Assembly (NCBI GenBank): GCA_965195345.1
Contig: OZ239628.1
Location: 1,568,001 to 1,632,000, forward strand
DNA from: an uncultured Thiomicrospira sp.
GTDB taxonomy: Bacteria; Pseudomonadota; Gammaproteobacteria; CAKMZV01
Reading direction: 5' to 3'
DNA length: 64,000 bases
The notes beneath the pieces are model-generated. The model did no database searches and was not told the DNA's origin. It worked only from the letters and a program-made list of their open reading frames with translations. A program made the translations under genes and the position numbers. Of this stretch, positions 45,381-56,611 are shown in pieces (positions within the stretch are counted from its first letter, which is position 1; the number at the start of each line of letters is the position of its first letter).

Positions 45381-47777
45381 TTATCTTAGTTTGATTTCAA
45401 AAGAAGCTTGCAGGGAGGTAACTATAGTTTGCATTTTATCTTCAATTAGACTGTCTGTGTGAGTAAAATCAAAAGCTTGCCAAATAAAATAAAAGGAAAC
45501 ACTGCGCATTCCTGATTCAATCCCTTGACCATCGTACTCAGCAAACACACCATTTTCAACTAATGCATCAAGACCAAGCCCTTTTATATGAGTAAGTAAT
45601 TGCGCAACAGGCAATGATTTAGGAATCACCAGAGACAAATCTCGTCGCACTCGTGGCTGCATTGAAACAGGCTGGTAGTTGGGTAATGGTTGCTGGCTTA
45701 ATAATGACCAATCAAGCTGTGCGAGTGCCCCAGATAAATGGATATCAAGTTTTTTAGCAATCACAGGATGTAATACCGCCACAAAGCCAAGTTTTTCACC
45801 ATCAACACAAAGAACCGCGCTTTGATGGGGATGCATCCAGGCAGGTAACTCATCTGAACGCCATTCAACAGTCTTTCCACCTGCTCTCCCCATGCCGTAT
45901 CTCAGTAACATCTCAACAACTCCTTTGAGCACGAAAAAATCAGCGTTCTTATTAATCGACTGCCAATTTTCACAATGATGTTTCCCATACCAGGCTAAAC
46001 CAAGACACTTTTTCTGCTCTATACTATCAAAATCAATGGCATCCCCAGTAGGAACAAATGTTAAACCACGCTCAAAAATAGCGATCCGTTCATGCTGATG
46101 GTTCTGATTCCGTTTGACCACTTCAAGCATTCCTGTAACCAAAGACAACCGCATCACCGATTTATCTGCTGAAATAGGGTTGCTCAATGCAATCGCTTGT
46201 GTATCTGGAAAAAGGTGTTTTTGTTGTTGATCGTCAACAAAGCTATAGGTGATAATTTCCTGCATCCCAACATCAACCAGCCTTTGCAATACCGTTGTAG
46301 GACGTTCCAATATCTCAGGGATTGGTTGGATCATTCTTCCAGAATCTGCACGTTTTAACTGTGGAAGCTGATCGTAGCCATTAAAACGAGCAACCTCTTC
46401 AACAACATCTTCGGCAATAGCAATATCAAATCGCCACGTAGGCGGCTTAACCGTCCAACTATCTTCGTTTGCAGTCAACTCAAAACCAATCTCGGCAAAC
46501 CACTTCTCTAGTGCCGGCGATACAACATCAGCGCCAATACACGAAGCCATCTTTGACTTTTTTAATTCAACCGTCATTAGTTCAGGCAAATAAGAGTTGT
46601 CTTCCCATGTGTTTATTGGTCCTGTTTGAGCACCACAAATTGATTGTATCAATGAGGCAGCACGCTGTAATGCTACTGTTTGAATATACGGATCAACCCC
46701 ACGTTCAAAGCGTAATGACGCTTCTGTATGCATACTAAATCGACGAGCAACTCCTGCCAAACGAATAGGATTAAACCAAGCAGCTTCAAGTAATATCTCA
46801 CTCGTATCTGCGTCCACTGAGCTTGATCCCCCGCCCATAATGCCTGCCAAACCAACTGCTTCATTGTCATCAGCAATCACAAGCGTATTCTCATCCATAG
46901 TAATTGTTCGCCCATCGAGCAGAGATATTTTTTCGTTTGAATCTGCCCAACGTGCCTTGAGTGAACCATTTATTTTAGAAGCATCGTATGCATGCAATGG
47001 TTGCCCAAGCTCAAGCATAACAAAATTTGTAACATCGACCACTGGATGAACACTCCGCACATTTGCACGCCGTAAAGATTCGACCATCCAATCAGGTGTT
47101 TTCGCTTGAGAGTTTACATTGTGCACTACACACGTTGAAAACCGAGCACATGCTTCTGGCGCAAGACTGCTTCCGTGATGTTGGTCTTGATGATTTGGAG
47201 CATATTCTTCAGTAAACTCAAATTGAGAACAATTATAAATAGCAGCTAGTTCTCTTGATACACCTAGTACGCTGTAACAATCCCCGCGATTTGGTGTTAA
47301 AGCAATATCTATAACCCAATCATCAAGTTGTAGATATTCTTCAAGCGGCATGCCAATAGGGGCATCTAGCGCCAGCTCCATAATTCCATTATCATCACTG
47401 CCAAGATTAAGTTCTTTCCGAGAACACAACATCCCTTGTGACTCTACTCCACGCAACGTAGTCTGCTTAATCGTCAGCCCTGGTAAAACACCACCCTCAA
47501 CAATGCAGGCAACTTTTAGACCAGCTCGCGCATTAGATGCACCACAAACAATCTGCAAAACGCTCTTGCCTGTATCAACAGCACACACTCTAAGCTTGTC
47601 TGCTTGAGGATGTTTTTCAATAGATGTTATTTGGGCAACGACAACTTGACTAAATTGCACTGATATTCTTTCAACCGCATCCACTTCGAGCCCAAGTAGA
47701 GTCAATTTTTCTGCAACAACGTTAACATCCACTGGCAAGGAGACCATCTGATTGAGCTGCTTCCAACTGATTTGCAT
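45381..47777 (-). CDS. pheT: Phenylalanine-tRNA ligase beta subunit
   Basis: HPQADKL, TPNRGDC, RFERGVD and a C-terminal FDX-ACB domain. Confidence 0.97.
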   Translation of the reverse strand: MQISWKQLNQMVSLPVDVNVVAEKLTLLGLEVDAVERISVQFSQVVVAQITSIEKHPQADKLRVCAVDTGKSVLQIVCGASNARAGLKVACIVEGGVLPGLTIKQTTLRGVESQGMLCSRKELNLGSDDNGIMELALDAPIGMPLEEYLQLDDWVIDIALTPNRGDCYSVLGVSRELAAIYNCSQFEFTEEYAPNHQDQHHGSSLAPEACARFSTCVVHNVNSQAKTPDWMVESLRRANVRSVHPVVDVTNFVMLELGQPLHAYDASKINGSLKARWADSNEKISLLDGRTITMDENTLVIADDNEAVGLAGIMGGGSSSVDADTSEILLEAAWFNPIRLAGVARRFSMHTEASLRFERGVDPYIQTVALQRAASLIQSICGAQTGPINTWEDNSYLPELMTVELKKSKMASCIGADVVSPALEKWFAEIGFELTANEDSWTVKPPTWRFDIAIAEDVVEEVARFNGYDQLPQLKRADSGRMIQPIPEILERPTTVLQRLVDVGMQEIITYSFVDDQQQKHLFPDTQAIALSNPISADKSVMRLSLVTGMLEVVKRNQNHQHERIAIFERGLTFVPTGDAIDFDSIEQKKCLGLAWYGKHHCENWQSINKNADFFVLKGVVEMLLRYGMGRAGGKTVEWRSDELPAWMHPHQSAVLCVDGEKLGFVAVLHPVIAKKLDIHLSGALAQLDWSLLSQQPLPNYQPVSMQPRVRRDLSLVIPKSLPVAQLLTHIKGLGLDALVENGVFAEYDGQGIESGMRSVSFYFIWQAFDFTHTDSLIEDKMQTIVTSLQASFEIKLR

Positions 47778-47779
47778 AT

Positions 47780-48775
47780 TTAAAATTGACGGAGAAAATC
47801 GAGATGATTATCAAAAAACTGTCGCAGATCCTTTACCCCATAGCGCAACATTGCAAGGCGCTCAACACCAAGACCAAATGCATAACCTTGCCATTCATCT
47901 GGATCTAAATGCATTGAACGGATAACGTTCGGATGCACCATGCCGCATCCAAGCACCTCCAACCATTTATCATTGCCTAACTTATCATTACGAATATCGA
48001 CTTCAGCAGAAGGTTCAGTAAATGGAAAATAGGAGGGGCGAAAACGAATTTGTAAATTTTCGTCTTCAAACAAAGCACGAAGAAAATCCATTAACAAACT
48101 TTTAAGCTCTGCAAAATTTGCACTCTTATCGATAACTAAACCCTCAACCTGATGAAACATCGGTGTGTGAGTTATATCTGAATCACAACGATAAACTCGC
48201 CCAGGAGCTATAACTCGAACGGGCGGTTTACTCCGCTCCATTGTGCGAATTTGCACAGGCGAAGTATGGGTTCGCAAAAGCATTTTTTCATCAAAATAAA
48301 AAGTATCGTGCATCGCTCTTGCTGGATGATGCTCTGGTATATTTAGCGCTGTGAAATTATAGTAATCATCTTCGATTTCAGGACCTGTTTGCACTTGAAA
48401 TCCTGCTTGAGAAAAAAGCAAATGAATGCGTTCAAGCATCCGTGTAATAGGATGAAAACCTCCACTATCAAAAGGATAGCCGGACATGCTCACATCGATT
48501 TTTTCTTTCTCAAGTTGAGCACTCTGATCAGTTGTCTCAATTTCAACCTGACGATTAGCAAGCGCCTTTATCACATTATTTTTCAGTTCATTTGCCGTTT
48601 GAGCGGCTTGCTTGCGCTCTTCGTGTGGCAAAGACCCCACTTTTTTAAGAAGCAGGGTTATTTCGCCTTTACGACCAAGGTACTGTAATCTCTGTTGATT
48701 GAGTGCCGATAAATCGTGCGCTGCTAAAATATTTGTTAACGCCTGATTTTTGATAGCATCGGCATGATTAGCCAT
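47780..48775 (-). CDS. pheS: Phenylalanine-tRNA ligase alpha subunit
   Basis: [34 protein letters not shown]. Confidence 0.98.
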   Translation of the reverse strand: MANHADAIKNQALTNILAAHDLSALNQQRLQYLGRKGEITLLLKKVGSLPHEERKQAAQTANELKNNVIKALANRQVEIETTDQSAQLEKEKIDVSMSGYPFDSGGFHPITRMLERIHLLFSQAGFQVQTGPEIEDDYYNFTALNIPEHHPARAMHDTFYFDEKMLLRTHTSPVQIRTMERSKPPVRVIAPGRVYRCDSDITHTPMFHQVEGLVIDKSANFAELKSLLMDFLRALFEDENLQIRFRPSYFPFTEPSAEVDIRNDKLGNDKWLEVLGCGMVHPNVIRSMHLDPDEWQGYAFGLGVERLAMLRYGVKDLRQFFDNHLDFLRQF

Positions 48776-48791
48776 AAAACAAATTCAATTA

Positions 48792-49148
48792 TTACGACAA
48801 CGCAGCTCTAACCTGCGTTACAAGAGCTGTAAATGCAAGTTTATCATTAACTGCAATATCAGCCAAAACTTTACGATCAATCTCAATGCCAGCTTTACTC
48901 AAGCCATTCATAAACACACTGTACGTCATGTCGTTCGAGCGCGCAGCAGCATTTATACGGGCTATCCATAAACTACGGAATGTTCTTTTGCGTACTCGAC
49001 GATCTCGATACGCGTATTGGCCCGCTTTTATAACTGCTTGCTTAGCGACTTTAAATGTGCGCGATCTAGCGCCATAATAGCCTTTAGCTTGGTTTAGAAT
49101 TTTTTTATGTGCTTTTTTTGCGGTAACACCGCGTTTTACTCTTGCCAT
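48792..49148 (-). CDS. rplT: 50S ribosomal protein L20
   Basis: MARVKRGV...[20 protein letters not shown]. Confidence 0.99.
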   Translation of the reverse strand: MARVKRGVTAKKAHKKILNQAKGYYGARSRTFKVAKQAVIKAGQYAYRDRRVRKRTFRSLWIARINAAARSNDMTYSVFMNGLSKAGIEIDRKVLADIAVNDKLAFTALVTQVRAALS

Positions 49149-49163
49149 TTCAACTTTCTCCTG

Positions 49164-49361
49164 CTAACTATATGGATTCATGCGCTTTACGGATGCTACA
49201 TCAACTGCTGATACAGTAGACATATCACGTAAATGACGCTTACGCTTCGGTGCTTTTTTAGTCAGGATGTGTCGTTTGTTAGCCTGAGCCCTTTTGAGTT
49301 TCCCACTACCAGTCACTTTAAATCGCTTGGCAGCCGAACGAACCGATTTTATTTTCGGCAT
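49164..49361 (-). CDS. rpmI: 50S ribosomal protein L35
   Basis: MPKIKS...AAKRFKVTG...HILTKK. Confidence 0.98.
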   Translation of the reverse strand: MPKIKSVRSAAKRFKVTGSGKLKRAQANKRHILTKKAPKRKRHLRDMSTVSAVDVASVKRMNPYS

Positions 49362-49976
49362 TGTGCTTTCTCCTTAGAATGTACAGCAAAGTTTGTTTAA
49401 TTAGCTAAAGCTTATTAAATGCATTCAGGAAGGTACTTTGCTCACCCGCCCCAATGCGAAGCGGGCAGGATTATACTTCAAAATCGGATATGAGATACGC
49501 TAAACATGCAATTCCTTCATCATTTCCCATAGTCGTATTCTATTTAACTCACCTTGAAAAAAATTCATAAATTCAGAGATAAATTCTGAAAAAAACCAAG
49601 CACGTTTTTTAAAAGTTTAAAACTTATTGCCCATGTTACAATAATCTATACATTTGTTATCCAAACTCCTTGATAACATAATAGGATGCAAAGTTATTTA
49701 TAATGCATAACCTGATTAAAAAATTGAAACGGATTAAATCATTTTCTTTTTCAAAAAACTTCTTAAAGTGAGAAAAGTCATGCCATTTTTCACTACTTCC
49801 TACACTACTTCACTAAAGTCATTCAGCTCAACTGCATTAGAATTACAGCATGGGACCATGATTATTCACGTATCAAATGTATCTGCCAATTTCACTACTT
49901 TGTTACGCTTATTTTAAATTAACCGTATGCAAGCGCCAATGGAAAAATCACACGCTAATCAAACCTCACAGGACAA

Positions 49977-52900
49977 GTGAACGTGCGTCATTTTTCAACA
50001 CTTGCGCACGCTTTTCCATTAAGGGCTTCACTAACATTAGTCATAATTACTCTGATGCTCTATCTGTTGCAAGGATGTGGCAGCAACAACGGGAATAATA
50101 ATCCTACAATCACTGGCGATGGTGCTAACTCAACCACCGTATCATCAACGGCAACCGTCTCTATAACCGACCCTGCTGGCACCAATATCTACAGTGCCGC
50201 ACAGGTAAGAGAGATTTTCTCAAACAACAGCTCGGTTATATTTACAGCATTTTCAATTACCACTGACCCTGCCTTAACTCTTCCTCTATTCTCTATAAAC
50301 CCTATCAATGGACACCTCATTTTGGCACGCAGTCCTTTAGCCGCTGATCCCTCCACCCACACTATTCAAATAACAGCAAGCAGTATCAATGATCAAACAG
50401 TAACGGCAACAGCGACATTGGTGATTAACATCGACGTTGGTGCACTCACAAGAACCATTCCAGCAAAGTCAACCATCTTTGCTAATACTCCTGCAGGCAC
50501 ATCTATCTACACAGCTTCACAGGTTAGTGGTAGTTTCTTGAACGATGGATCACTCGTATTTTCAACATTCTCAATCAGCATCACGCCTGCAACAATTAAT
50601 CCTCTGTTTACAATCAACTCCACTAATGGAGCAATCACTCTGGCACGTATACCCACACTCGCAGACATTGCCACACAAACCATTGCAATAACCGCTTTTA
50701 ATAACGATGATCGAACAGCACTATCAACCGCAACATTGGTGGTTAGCGTTCAAGCGGGTGTACTTACAAGAGTCATTCCAGCAACAGCAACCATCTCTAC
50801 TAATGCTCTTGCAGGCACATCTATCTACACCGCTTCACAGGTTAGTGGTAGTTTCTTGAACGATGGATCACTCGTATTTTCAACATTCTCAATCAGCATC
50901 ACGCCTGCAACAATTAATCCTCTGTTTACAATCAACTCCACCAATGGTGCAATCACTTTAGTACGGAGCCCTGAAGCAGCCGATGCCTCTACCCAAACAA
51001 TTCTAATTACAGCATTTGCTGGCACTCAAAGATTAACTTCCACATTGACCGTGTTTGTTCAAGTCAGCGCGGGCTCACTCGCAAGAGTCATTCCAGCAAC
51101 GGCAACCGTCTTTACTGGCAATCCTGTGGGAACTCCTATCTACACAGCTTCACAGGTTAGTGGTAGTTTCTTGAACGATGGATCACTCGTATTTTCAACA
51201 TTCTCAATCAGCATCACGCCTGCAACAATTAATCCTCTGTTTACAATCAACTCCACTAATGGAGCAATCACTCTGGCACGTATACCCACACTCGCAGACA
51301 TTGCCACACAAACCATTGCAATAACCGCTTTTAATAACGATGATCGAACAGCACTATCAACCGCAACATTGGTGGTTAGCGTTCAAGCGGGTGTACTTAC
51401 AAGAGTCATTCCAGCAACAGCAACCATCTCTACTAATGCTCTTGCAGGCACATCTATCTACACCGCTTCACAGGTTAGTGGTAGCTTTTTAAACGATGGA
51501 TCACTGAACTTTTCAACATTCTCAATCAGTGTCACTCCTTCAACAACTAATCCACTGTTTACAATCAATGCCACTAATGGAGCAATCACTTTAGTACGGA
51601 GCCCTGAAGCAGCCGATGCCTCTACCCAAACAATTCTAATTACAGCATTTGCTGGCACTCAAAGATTAACTTCCACATTGACCGTGTTTGTTCAAGTCAG
51701 CGCGGGCTCACTCGCAAGAGTCATTCCAGCAACGGCAACCGTCTTTACTGGCAATCCTGTGGGAACTCCTATCTACACAGCTTCACAGGTTAGTGGTAGT
51801 TTCTTGAACGATGGATCACTCGTATTTTCAACATTCTCAATCAGCATCACGCCTGCAACAATTAATCCTCTGTTTACAATCAACTCCACTAATGGAGCAA
51901 TCACTCTGGCACGTATACCCACACTCGCAGACATTGCCACACAAACCATTGCAATAACCGCTTTTAATAACGATGATCGAACAGCACTATCAACCGCAAC
52001 ATTGGTGGTTAGCGTTCAAGCGGGTGTACTTACAAGAGTCATTCCAGCAACAGCAACCATCTCTACTAATGCTCTTGCAGGCACATCTATCTACACCGCT
52101 TCACAGGTTAGTGGTAGCTTTTTAAACGATGGATCACTGAACTTTTCAACATTCTCAATCAGTGTCACTCCTTCAACAACTAATCCACTGTTTACAATCA
52201 ATGCCACTAATGGAGCAATCACTTTAGTACGGAGCCCTGAAGCAGCCGATGCCTCTACCCAAACAATTCTAATTACAGCATTTGCTGGCACTCAAAGATT
52301 AACTTCCACATTGACCGTGTTTGTTCAAGTCAGCGCGGGCTCACTCGCAAGAGTCATTCCAGCAACGGCAACCGTCTTTACTGACAATCCTGTGGGAACT
52401 CCTATCTACACAGCTTCACAGGTTAGTGGTAGTTTCTTGAACGATGGATCACTCGTATTTTCAACATTCTCAATCAGCATCACGCCTGCAACAATTAATC
52501 CTCTGTTTACAATCAACTCCACCAATGGAGCAATCACTCTGGCACGTATACCCACACTCGCAGACATTGCTACACAAACCATTGCAATAACCGCTTTTAA
52601 TAACGACGATCGAACAGGACTATCAACCGCAACATTGGTGGTTAGCGTTCAAGCGGGTGTACTTACAAGAGTCATTCCAGCAACAGCAACCATCTCTACT
52701 AATGCTCTTGCAGGCACATCTATCTACACCGCTTCACAGGTTAGTGGTAGCTTTTTAAACGATGGATCACTGAACTTTTCAACATTCTCAATCAGTGTCA
52801 CTCCTTCAACAACTAATCCACTGTTTACAATCAATGCCACTAATGGAGCAATCACTTTAGTACGGAGCCCTGAAGCAGCCGATGCCTCTACCCAAACAAT

Positions 52901-55649
52901 TCTAATTACAGCATTTGCTGACACTCAAAGATTAACTTCCACATTGACCGTGTTTGTTCAAGTCAGCGCGGGCTCACTCGCAAGAGTCATTCCAGCAACG
53001 GCAACCGTCTTTACTGGTAACCCTGTGGGAACTCCTATCTACACCGCTTCACAGGTTAGTGGTAGTTTCTTGAACGATGGATCACTCGTATTTTCAACAT
53101 TCTCAATCAGCATCACGCCTGCAACAATTAATCCACTGTTTACAATCAACTCCACCAATGGAGCAATCACTCTGGCACGTATACCAACACTCGCAGACAT
53201 TGCCACACAAACCATTGCAATAACCGCTTTTAATAACGATGATCGAACAGCACTATCAACCGCAACATTGGTGGTTAGCGTTCAAGCGGGCACACTTACA
53301 AGAGTCATTCCAGCAACAGCAACCATCTCTACTAATGCTCTTGCAGGCGCATCTATCTACACCGCTTCACAGGTTAGTGGTAGCTTTTTAAACGATGGAT
53401 CACTGAACTTTTCAACATTCTCAATCAGTGTCACTCCTTCAACAACTAATCCACTGTTTACAATCAATGCCACTAATGGAGCAATCACTTTAGTACGGAG
53501 CCCTGAAGCAGCCGATGCCTCTACCCAAACAATTCTAATTACAGCATTTGCTGGCACTCAAAGATTAACTTCCACATTGACCGTGTTTGTTCAAGTCAGC
53601 GCGGGCTCACTCGCAAGAGTCATTCCAGCAACGGCAACCGTCTTTACTGGCAATCCTGTGGGAACTCCTATCTACACAGCTTCACAGGTTAGTGGTAGTT
53701 TCTTGAACGATGGATCACTCGTATTTTCAACATTCTCAATCAGCATCACGCCTGCAACAATTAATCCACTGTTTACAATCAACTCCACTAATGGAGCAAT
53801 CACTCTGGCACGTATACCCACACTCGCAGACATTGCTACACAAACCATTGCAATAACCGCTTTTAATAACGATGATCGAACAGCACTATCAACCGCAACA
53901 TTGGTGGTTAGCGTTTTGCCATCTAATGTCCTAAGCTTAACAACAGGTGTAAAAACCATCAATTTTTCATGGGAGATTCTCCCAAACAGCATCAATCACT
54001 ATCAACTCTTAACAAACCCTGAGGGTACGTCTGGCTTTATTGACTTGAGCACCAATGGTGTAATCGTTAGCCCAAACAGCACTAATATCACTGCGACAAC
54101 AGCCAGTGCCCGCATCGCTTTGCATAAATATTTCGCTATCGCCAACAATCCGCAATATATCGTCGAAACATGTGCTTCTGTTGATAACAGCAATTGCGCG
54201 AATCAACACACTCAACGTTCACTGACCAATGCACAAGTGCGGAGTTTAATTGAGCAATTCTCACCCTCTAATCTAGACTTTGCAGATCAATTTGGAGCAG
54301 CAGTAAGCATCAGTTCAGACGGCAACACCTTTGTGGTAGGCGCTTTTTCAGAAGATGGCGACTCTTCTTCCACTATGGCGACACCCAATGACAATGCTCT
54401 CAATTCGGGTGCTGCCTATGTCTTTACCCGTTCAGGCAATACTTGGACACAGACAGGCTATCTGAAAGCATCTAATACTGGAGGAGGCATTCCCCCTAAC
54501 GGTCCTGGTGATCAATTCGGTGTTTCCGTTGCCATCAGCGCAGACGGTTCGATTATCGTTGTTGGTGCGCCAGCTGAAGATGGCGACTCTAATTCTTCTG
54601 CATTAAACCCCAATGAAAATGCCCAACTGGCAGGAGCCGCCTATGTATTCAGCCGTTCGGGCTCGGTTTGGTCACAAACCGCCTATCTCAAAGCAACTAA
54701 TGCCAGTTTTAATGCTTTCTTTGGTCGTTCTGTGAGTATTAATGGTGACGGTTCGGTCCTCGTAGTTGGTGCTAATTTTGCTAATGCATTCAATGGTTCC
54801 GCCTATGTGTTCAGCCGTTCGGGTTCAGTTTGGTCACAAACCGCCGAACTGGTTGCCTCAAATCCAAGTGTACTTGATGAGTTTGGCCTTACTGTAAGAA
54901 TCAATAACGCTGGTACGGTCATTGCCATCGGTTCTCCAAATGAGGATGGGAGTGGCACCTCTAGTATGGCAGTACCCAATGACTCTGCCATAGATGCGGG
55001 TGCCGTTTACATATACGCTCGCACTTCTACTACCATTCCTTCTTGGACTCAAACTGCCTATATCAAAGCGTCTAATGCCGAGGGGGCTGACACCAACGCC
55101 AATGGAGATCAATTTGGTCGATCTATTGATTTCAATGCCGACGGTTCAATCCTCGTTGTTAATGCGCAGAATGAAGATGGAAGTTCTACTTCTACTATGG
55201 CAATGCCCAATAATTCCTCCACCGACACTGGTTCCGCCTATGTATTCAACCGCTCAGGTCCAGTTACGAGTACGACTTGGACACAAACCGCCTATGTCAA
55301 AGCGCCTAATGCTGACGATGGTGATCAATTTGGCAATTCAGTTGCGATTAGTGGCAACAGTCAAATTCTACTCATCGGTACTCAGCAAGAAAATTCAAAT
55401 GCTTTTTCAGGAATGAACCCCAGTTCCGATAACAGTCTAACAAATGCAGGAGCAGCCTATACCTATGCTATTGACAATGGTAATATAAGGTTTTTGAGCT
55501 TTCTTAAGGCACGTATTTCAGCTAATAATGAAGATTTTGGTAATTCCGCCGCATTAGATCACAGCGGCAATAACGCAATTGTTGGTGCACCAGGTACAAT
55601 AAATGCATTAGGTGTGGCTTCACCAGCTGACTTTGTCACTCTTTATTAA
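49977..55649 (+). CDS. Giant surface lipoprotein/adhesin with cadherin-like repeats and an FG-GAP (integrin-alpha-like) beta-propeller
   Basis: Hydrophobic signal with lipobox LQGC; ~12 modules of ~105 aa containing F.IN..NGAITL; seven (D/A)xFGxxV...G repeats with GAAY/GSAY motifs at the C-terminus. Confidence 0.85.
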   Translation: MNVRHFSTLAHAFPLRASLTLVIITLMLYLLQGCGSNNGNNNPTITGDGANSTTVSSTATVSITDPAGTNIYSAAQVREIFSNNSSVIFTAFSITTDPALTLPLFSINPINGHLILARSPLAADPSTHTIQITASSINDQTVTATATLVINIDVGALTRTIPAKSTIFANTPAGTSIYTASQVSGSFLNDGSLVFSTFSISITPATINPLFTINSTNGAITLARIPTLADIATQTIAITAFNNDDRTALSTATLVVSVQAGVLTRVIPATATISTNALAGTSIYTASQVSGSFLNDGSLVFSTFSISITPATINPLFTINSTNGAITLVRSPEAADASTQTILITAFAGTQRLTSTLTVFVQVSAGSLARVIPATATVFTGNPVGTPIYTASQVSGSFLNDGSLVFSTFSISITPATINPLFTINSTNGAITLARIPTLADIATQTIAITAFNNDDRTALSTATLVVSVQAGVLTRVIPATATISTNALAGTSIYTASQVSGSFLNDGSLNFSTFSISVTPSTTNPLFTINATNGAITLVRSPEAADASTQTILITAFAGTQRLTSTLTVFVQVSAGSLARVIPATATVFTGNPVGTPIYTASQVSGSFLNDGSLVFSTFSISITPATINPLFTINSTNGAITLARIPTLADIATQTIAITAFNNDDRTALSTATLVVSVQAGVLTRVIPATATISTNALAGTSIYTASQVSGSFLNDGSLNFSTFSISVTPSTTNPLFTINATNGAITLVRSPEAADASTQTILITAFAGTQRLTSTLTVFVQVSAGSLARVIPATATVFTDNPVGTPIYTASQVSGSFLNDGSLVFSTFSISITPATINPLFTINSTNGAITLARIPTLADIATQTIAITAFNNDDRTGLSTATLVVSVQAGVLTRVIPATATISTNALAGTSIYTASQVSGSFLNDGSLNFSTFSISVTPSTTNPLFTINATNGAITLVRSPEAADASTQTILITAFADTQRLTSTLTVFVQVSAGSLARVIPATATVFTGNPVGTPIYTASQVSGSFLNDGSLVFSTFSISITPATINPLFTINSTNGAITLARIPTLADIATQTIAITAFNNDDRTALSTATLVVSVQAGTLTRVIPATATISTNALAGASIYTASQVSGSFLNDGSLNFSTFSISVTPSTTNPLFTINATNGAITLVRSPEAADASTQTILITAFAGTQRLTSTLTVFVQVSAGSLARVIPATATVFTGNPVGTPIYTASQVSGSFLNDGSLVFSTFSISITPATINPLFTINSTNGAITLARIPTLADIATQTIAITAFNNDDRTALSTATLVVSVLPSNVLSLTTGVKTINFSWEILPNSINHYQLLTNPEGTSGFIDLSTNGVIVSPNSTNITATTASARIALHKYFAIANNPQYIVETCASVDNSNCANQHTQRSLTNAQVRSLIEQFSPSNLDFADQFGAAVSISSDGNTFVVGAFSEDGDSSSTMATPNDNALNSGAAYVFTRSGNTWTQTGYLKASNTGGGIPPNGPGDQFGVSVAISADGSIIVVGAPAEDGDSNSSALNPNENAQLAGAAYVFSRSGSVWSQTAYLKATNASFNAFFGRSVSINGDGSVLVVGANFANAFNGSAYVFSRSGSVWSQTAELVASNPSVLDEFGLTVRINNAGTVIAIGSPNEDGSGTSSMAVPNDSAIDAGAVYIYARTSTTIPSWTQTAYIKASNAEGADTNANGDQFGRSIDFNADGSILVVNAQNEDGSSTSTMAMPNNSSTDTGSAYVFNRSGPVTSTTWTQTAYVKAPNADDGDQFGNSVAISGNSQILLIGTQQENSNAFSGMNPSSDNSLTNAGAAYTYAIDNGNIRFLSFLKARISANNEDFGNSAALDHSGNNAIVGAPGTINALGVASPADFVTLY
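50448..53914 (+). repeat. Intragenic tandem repeat, 633-bp period (A 106 aa + B 105 aa), 5.5 units
   Basis: Near-identical DNA units. The shadow ORFs recur at 50825, 51458, 52091, 52724 and 53357, each 633 bp apart. Confidence 0.95.
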
Positions 55650-55928
55650 GCATAGCAATAATCTTTGAGTGCATGGATCATATCATTGGCGTGCATACTT
55701 TCTAAGCATTCTTCTTATTTTTAAAAGCTATTCCAAAACCACATCCCAAAGTGCGTGCCTTTAACCTTTCCACGCTTACTTAGAGTTACAGCAACAGCAC
55801 AGAATACCTATGACAACTGCACACACCTAATAAATAACTCAAATTACAATAAAGTCGCAATGAAATCGCATTACCCCTCACGTCAGTCCATACAACGCAT
55901 TTAATCAATTCTTCGCTCAAGCATTTAG

Positions 55929-56070
55929 TTGTCGCTGATAATCCTTGCCCTGATGGTTTTGCTGTCTTGCAAGGATATAAAAGTTGTACAGACGCTTCAC
56001 CCAAAAACAATTCTACTAACTCTGTCTATACTGCTTCACAGATTATCGATAGCTTTTCGAACAATGCCAT
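55929..56070 (+). pseudogene. Decayed paralog remnant of the adhesin
   Basis: A signal-like LSLIILALMVLL sharing TTGCAAGGAT with the adhesin lipobox, then SVYTASQIIDSFSNN (compare repeat SIYTASQVSGSFLND) in another frame; in-frame stop upstream. Confidence 0.55.
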
Positions 56071-56611
56071 CTCGCATTGTTATCGCTGTCAACATTTGAT
56101 ATTAACCAGCGTAGCATCTGATGAGCAAGATAGTCTCCTCACGAGACTTCATAGTGAAGATACAAAATACGATGCCTGTATGGAGTGCTATTTGATAACG
56201 AACAATATTGCAATGGTGTTGCTAAGAAAATTAAGAAAAAACCGATCAGAAATTAAAGAAGCCAAGCCCTCAAAATACAGTTACCAAAGCACGAGAAAAA
56301 CCTAAAGAAAAACTACAAAAAAATTGAGACGGATGAAGAATTGGAACGAGTAAAGAAGAAAATAGAGCTTACCAAAAGTAATCCTAATACAAAAAATATT
56401 AATATAGGATCATAAATTGAATAGCAGTGATTCGTAGTTGATTAGCACTGAAAACCTGCTATTTTATTAAATTCCTCATACAGCATATGCGCCGATATGA
56501 CATTGATAAAACTGTTAGAATACGGACTATAAATTCATTGAGTGTACTGGTGCACTTTTCAAAAATCAGTTATCTTTTAATACTTAATTTACAAACGGAG
56601 TGATATTTAAC

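Noticed and set aside
50825-53995. Repeated 66-107-aa minus-strand ORFs
   Set aside because: Antisense shadows of the adhesin repeats.
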